A stretch of 6,274 bases of DNA, from positions 1 through 6,274 of IMG/VR virus record IMGVR_UViG_2703718849_000001, one strand, 5' to 3'. Below, piece after piece: positions 5,661 through 6,274 of the stretch. Position 1 is the stretch's first letter. Each line of letters opens with the position of its first letter. The translations under genes were made by a program, and so were the position numbers. This DNA comes from a virus (Duplodnaviria; Heunggongvirae; Uroviricota; Caudoviricetes). The notes under the pieces are model-generated. The model did no database searches and was not told the origin of the DNA. It saw only the letters and a program-made list of their open reading frames with translations.

Positions 5661-5688
5661 CAAAAATAAAGGCCACCATCAGGCAGCC
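5661..5688 (-). terminator. Rho-independent terminator candidate (minus strand) immediately after ral
   Basis: Minus-strand RNA: GGCUGCC-UGAU-GGUGGCC (7 bp including two G-U wobbles) followed by UUUAUUUUUGG. The ral TGA (5681..5679) sits in the loop. The plus-strand RNA would have C-A mismatches. Confidence 0.5.
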
Positions 5689-5879
5689 TTGTTATTCTGT
5701 TTACCAAGTTCTCTGGCAATCATTGCCGTCGTTCGTATTGCCCATTTATCGACATATTTCCCATCTTCCATTACATGAAACATTTCTTCAGGCTTAACCA
5801 TGCATTCCGATTGCAGCTTGCATCCATTGCATCGCTTGAATTGTCCACACCATTGATTTGTATCAATAGTCGTAGTCAT
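5679..5879 (-). CDS. ral: Restriction-alleviation protein Ral (66 aa)
   Basis: MTTTIDTNQWCGQFKRCNGCKLQSECMVKPEEMFHVMEDGKYVDKWAIRTTAMIARELGKQNNKAA is near-identical to lambda Ral as I recall it, and of the same length. ATG at 5879..5877. Confidence 0.85.
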   Translation of the reverse strand: MTTTIDTNQWCGQFKRCNGCKLQSECMVKPEEMFHVMEDGKYVDKWAIRTTAMIARELGKQNNKAA

Positions 5880-5949
5880 ACGGATAGTCCTGGTATTGTT
5901 CCATCACATCCTGAGGATGCTCTTCGAACTCTTCAAATTCTTCTTCCAT
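5863..5949 (-). CDS. Orf28-like acidic peptide (28 aa) overlapping the ral start
   Basis: Hand translation gives MEEEFEEFEEHPQDVMEQYQDYPYDYDY. ATG at 5949..5947 with GAGGTGA upstream; TGA at 5865..5863, overlapping ral by 17 nt. This matches the lambda orf28/ral arrangement as I remember it. Confidence 0.35.
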   Translation of the reverse strand: MEEEFEEFEEHPQDVMEQYQDYPYDYDY

Positions 5950-5957
5950 ATCTCACC

Positions 5958-6274
5958 TCAAATAAGTGGTTTGCTGCCTAATTTCATTTTCTGGCGACCA
6001 ACACAAGTCACCCCCATTTCACTGCGTGGCTTGCTGTACCATGTGCGCTGATTCTTGCGCTCAATACGTTGCAGGTTGCTTTCAATCTGTTCGTGGTATT
6101 CAGCCAGCACTGTAAGGTCTATCGGATTCAGTGCGCTTTCTACTCGTGATTTCGGTTTGCGATTCAGCGAGAGAATAGGGCGGTTAACTGGTTTTGCGCT
6201 TACCCCAACCAACAGGGGATTTGCTGCTTTCCATTGAGCCTGTTTCTCTGCGCGACGTTCGCGGCGGCGTGTTT
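5958..6274 (-). CDS. N: Antitermination protein N (5' end truncated by the window edge; about 4 codons missing)
   Basis: The minus-strand frame is open from 6272 down to the stop at 5960..5958: TRRRERRAEKQAQWKAANPLLVGVSAKPVNRPILSLNRKPKSRVESALNPIDLTVLAEYHEQIESNLQRIERKNQRTWYSKP...PLI. The arginine-rich motif and most of the sequence match lambda N (MDAQTRRRERRAEKQAQWKAANPLL...); the C-terminal roughly 25 residues diverge. The track's TTG start at 6212 is an artefact. Confidence 0.9.
   Translation of the reverse strand, partial: TRRRERRAEKQAQWKAANPLLVGVSAKPVNRPILSLNRKPKSRVESALNPIDLTVLAEYHEQIESNLQRIERKNQRTWYSKPRSEMGVTCVGRQKMKLGSKPLI

Noticed and set aside
282-6237. Plus-strand ORFs in the track (282..530, 445..726, 1102..1527, 1119..1313, 1605..1898, 2179..2460, 2903..3094, 3314..3553, 5563..5778, 5775..5981, 6055..6237)
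   Set aside because: All lie antisense to well-supported minus-strand genes, lack convincing SD sequences and have compositionally odd translations (Cys/Ser/Arg-rich); they are shadow ORFs.
1-6274. CRISPR array, IS element or transposon ends
   Set aside because: No regularly spaced direct repeats, no terminal inverted repeats and no transposase-like ORF were seen anywhere in the window.

Overview
The window reads as the early-left (PL) operon of a mosaic lambdoid prophage, with every supportable gene on the minus strand and transcription running right to left (PL and nutL lie beyond the right edge). The promoter-proximal end is lambda-like from my recollection of lambda sequences, which I could not check by search: N (5' end cut by the window edge), an orf28-like peptide, ral, an Ea10-like protein, cIII and kil. 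In place of lambda's exo-bet-gam there is an Erf-family annealing protein translationally coupled (TAATG) to a short SSB-like protein with a DDSIPF tail. Left of that is a tightly packed block of unknown small genes (915..3170, including an Ea22-like coiled-coil protein), then a Lar-like zinc-ribbon protein, a small ORF, an AlpA-family excisionase and a possible integrase start at the left edge. Several genes fall below the 60-aa ORF-track cutoff and were found by hand translation. Five hairpin-plus-U-tract terminator candidates, all on the minus strand, partition the operon. No rRNA, tRNA, CRISPR array or transposon was found. The unknown block 915..3170 and the two-gene unit between ral and ea10 are the best candidates for undescribed accessory functions; that reading is inference from position only.
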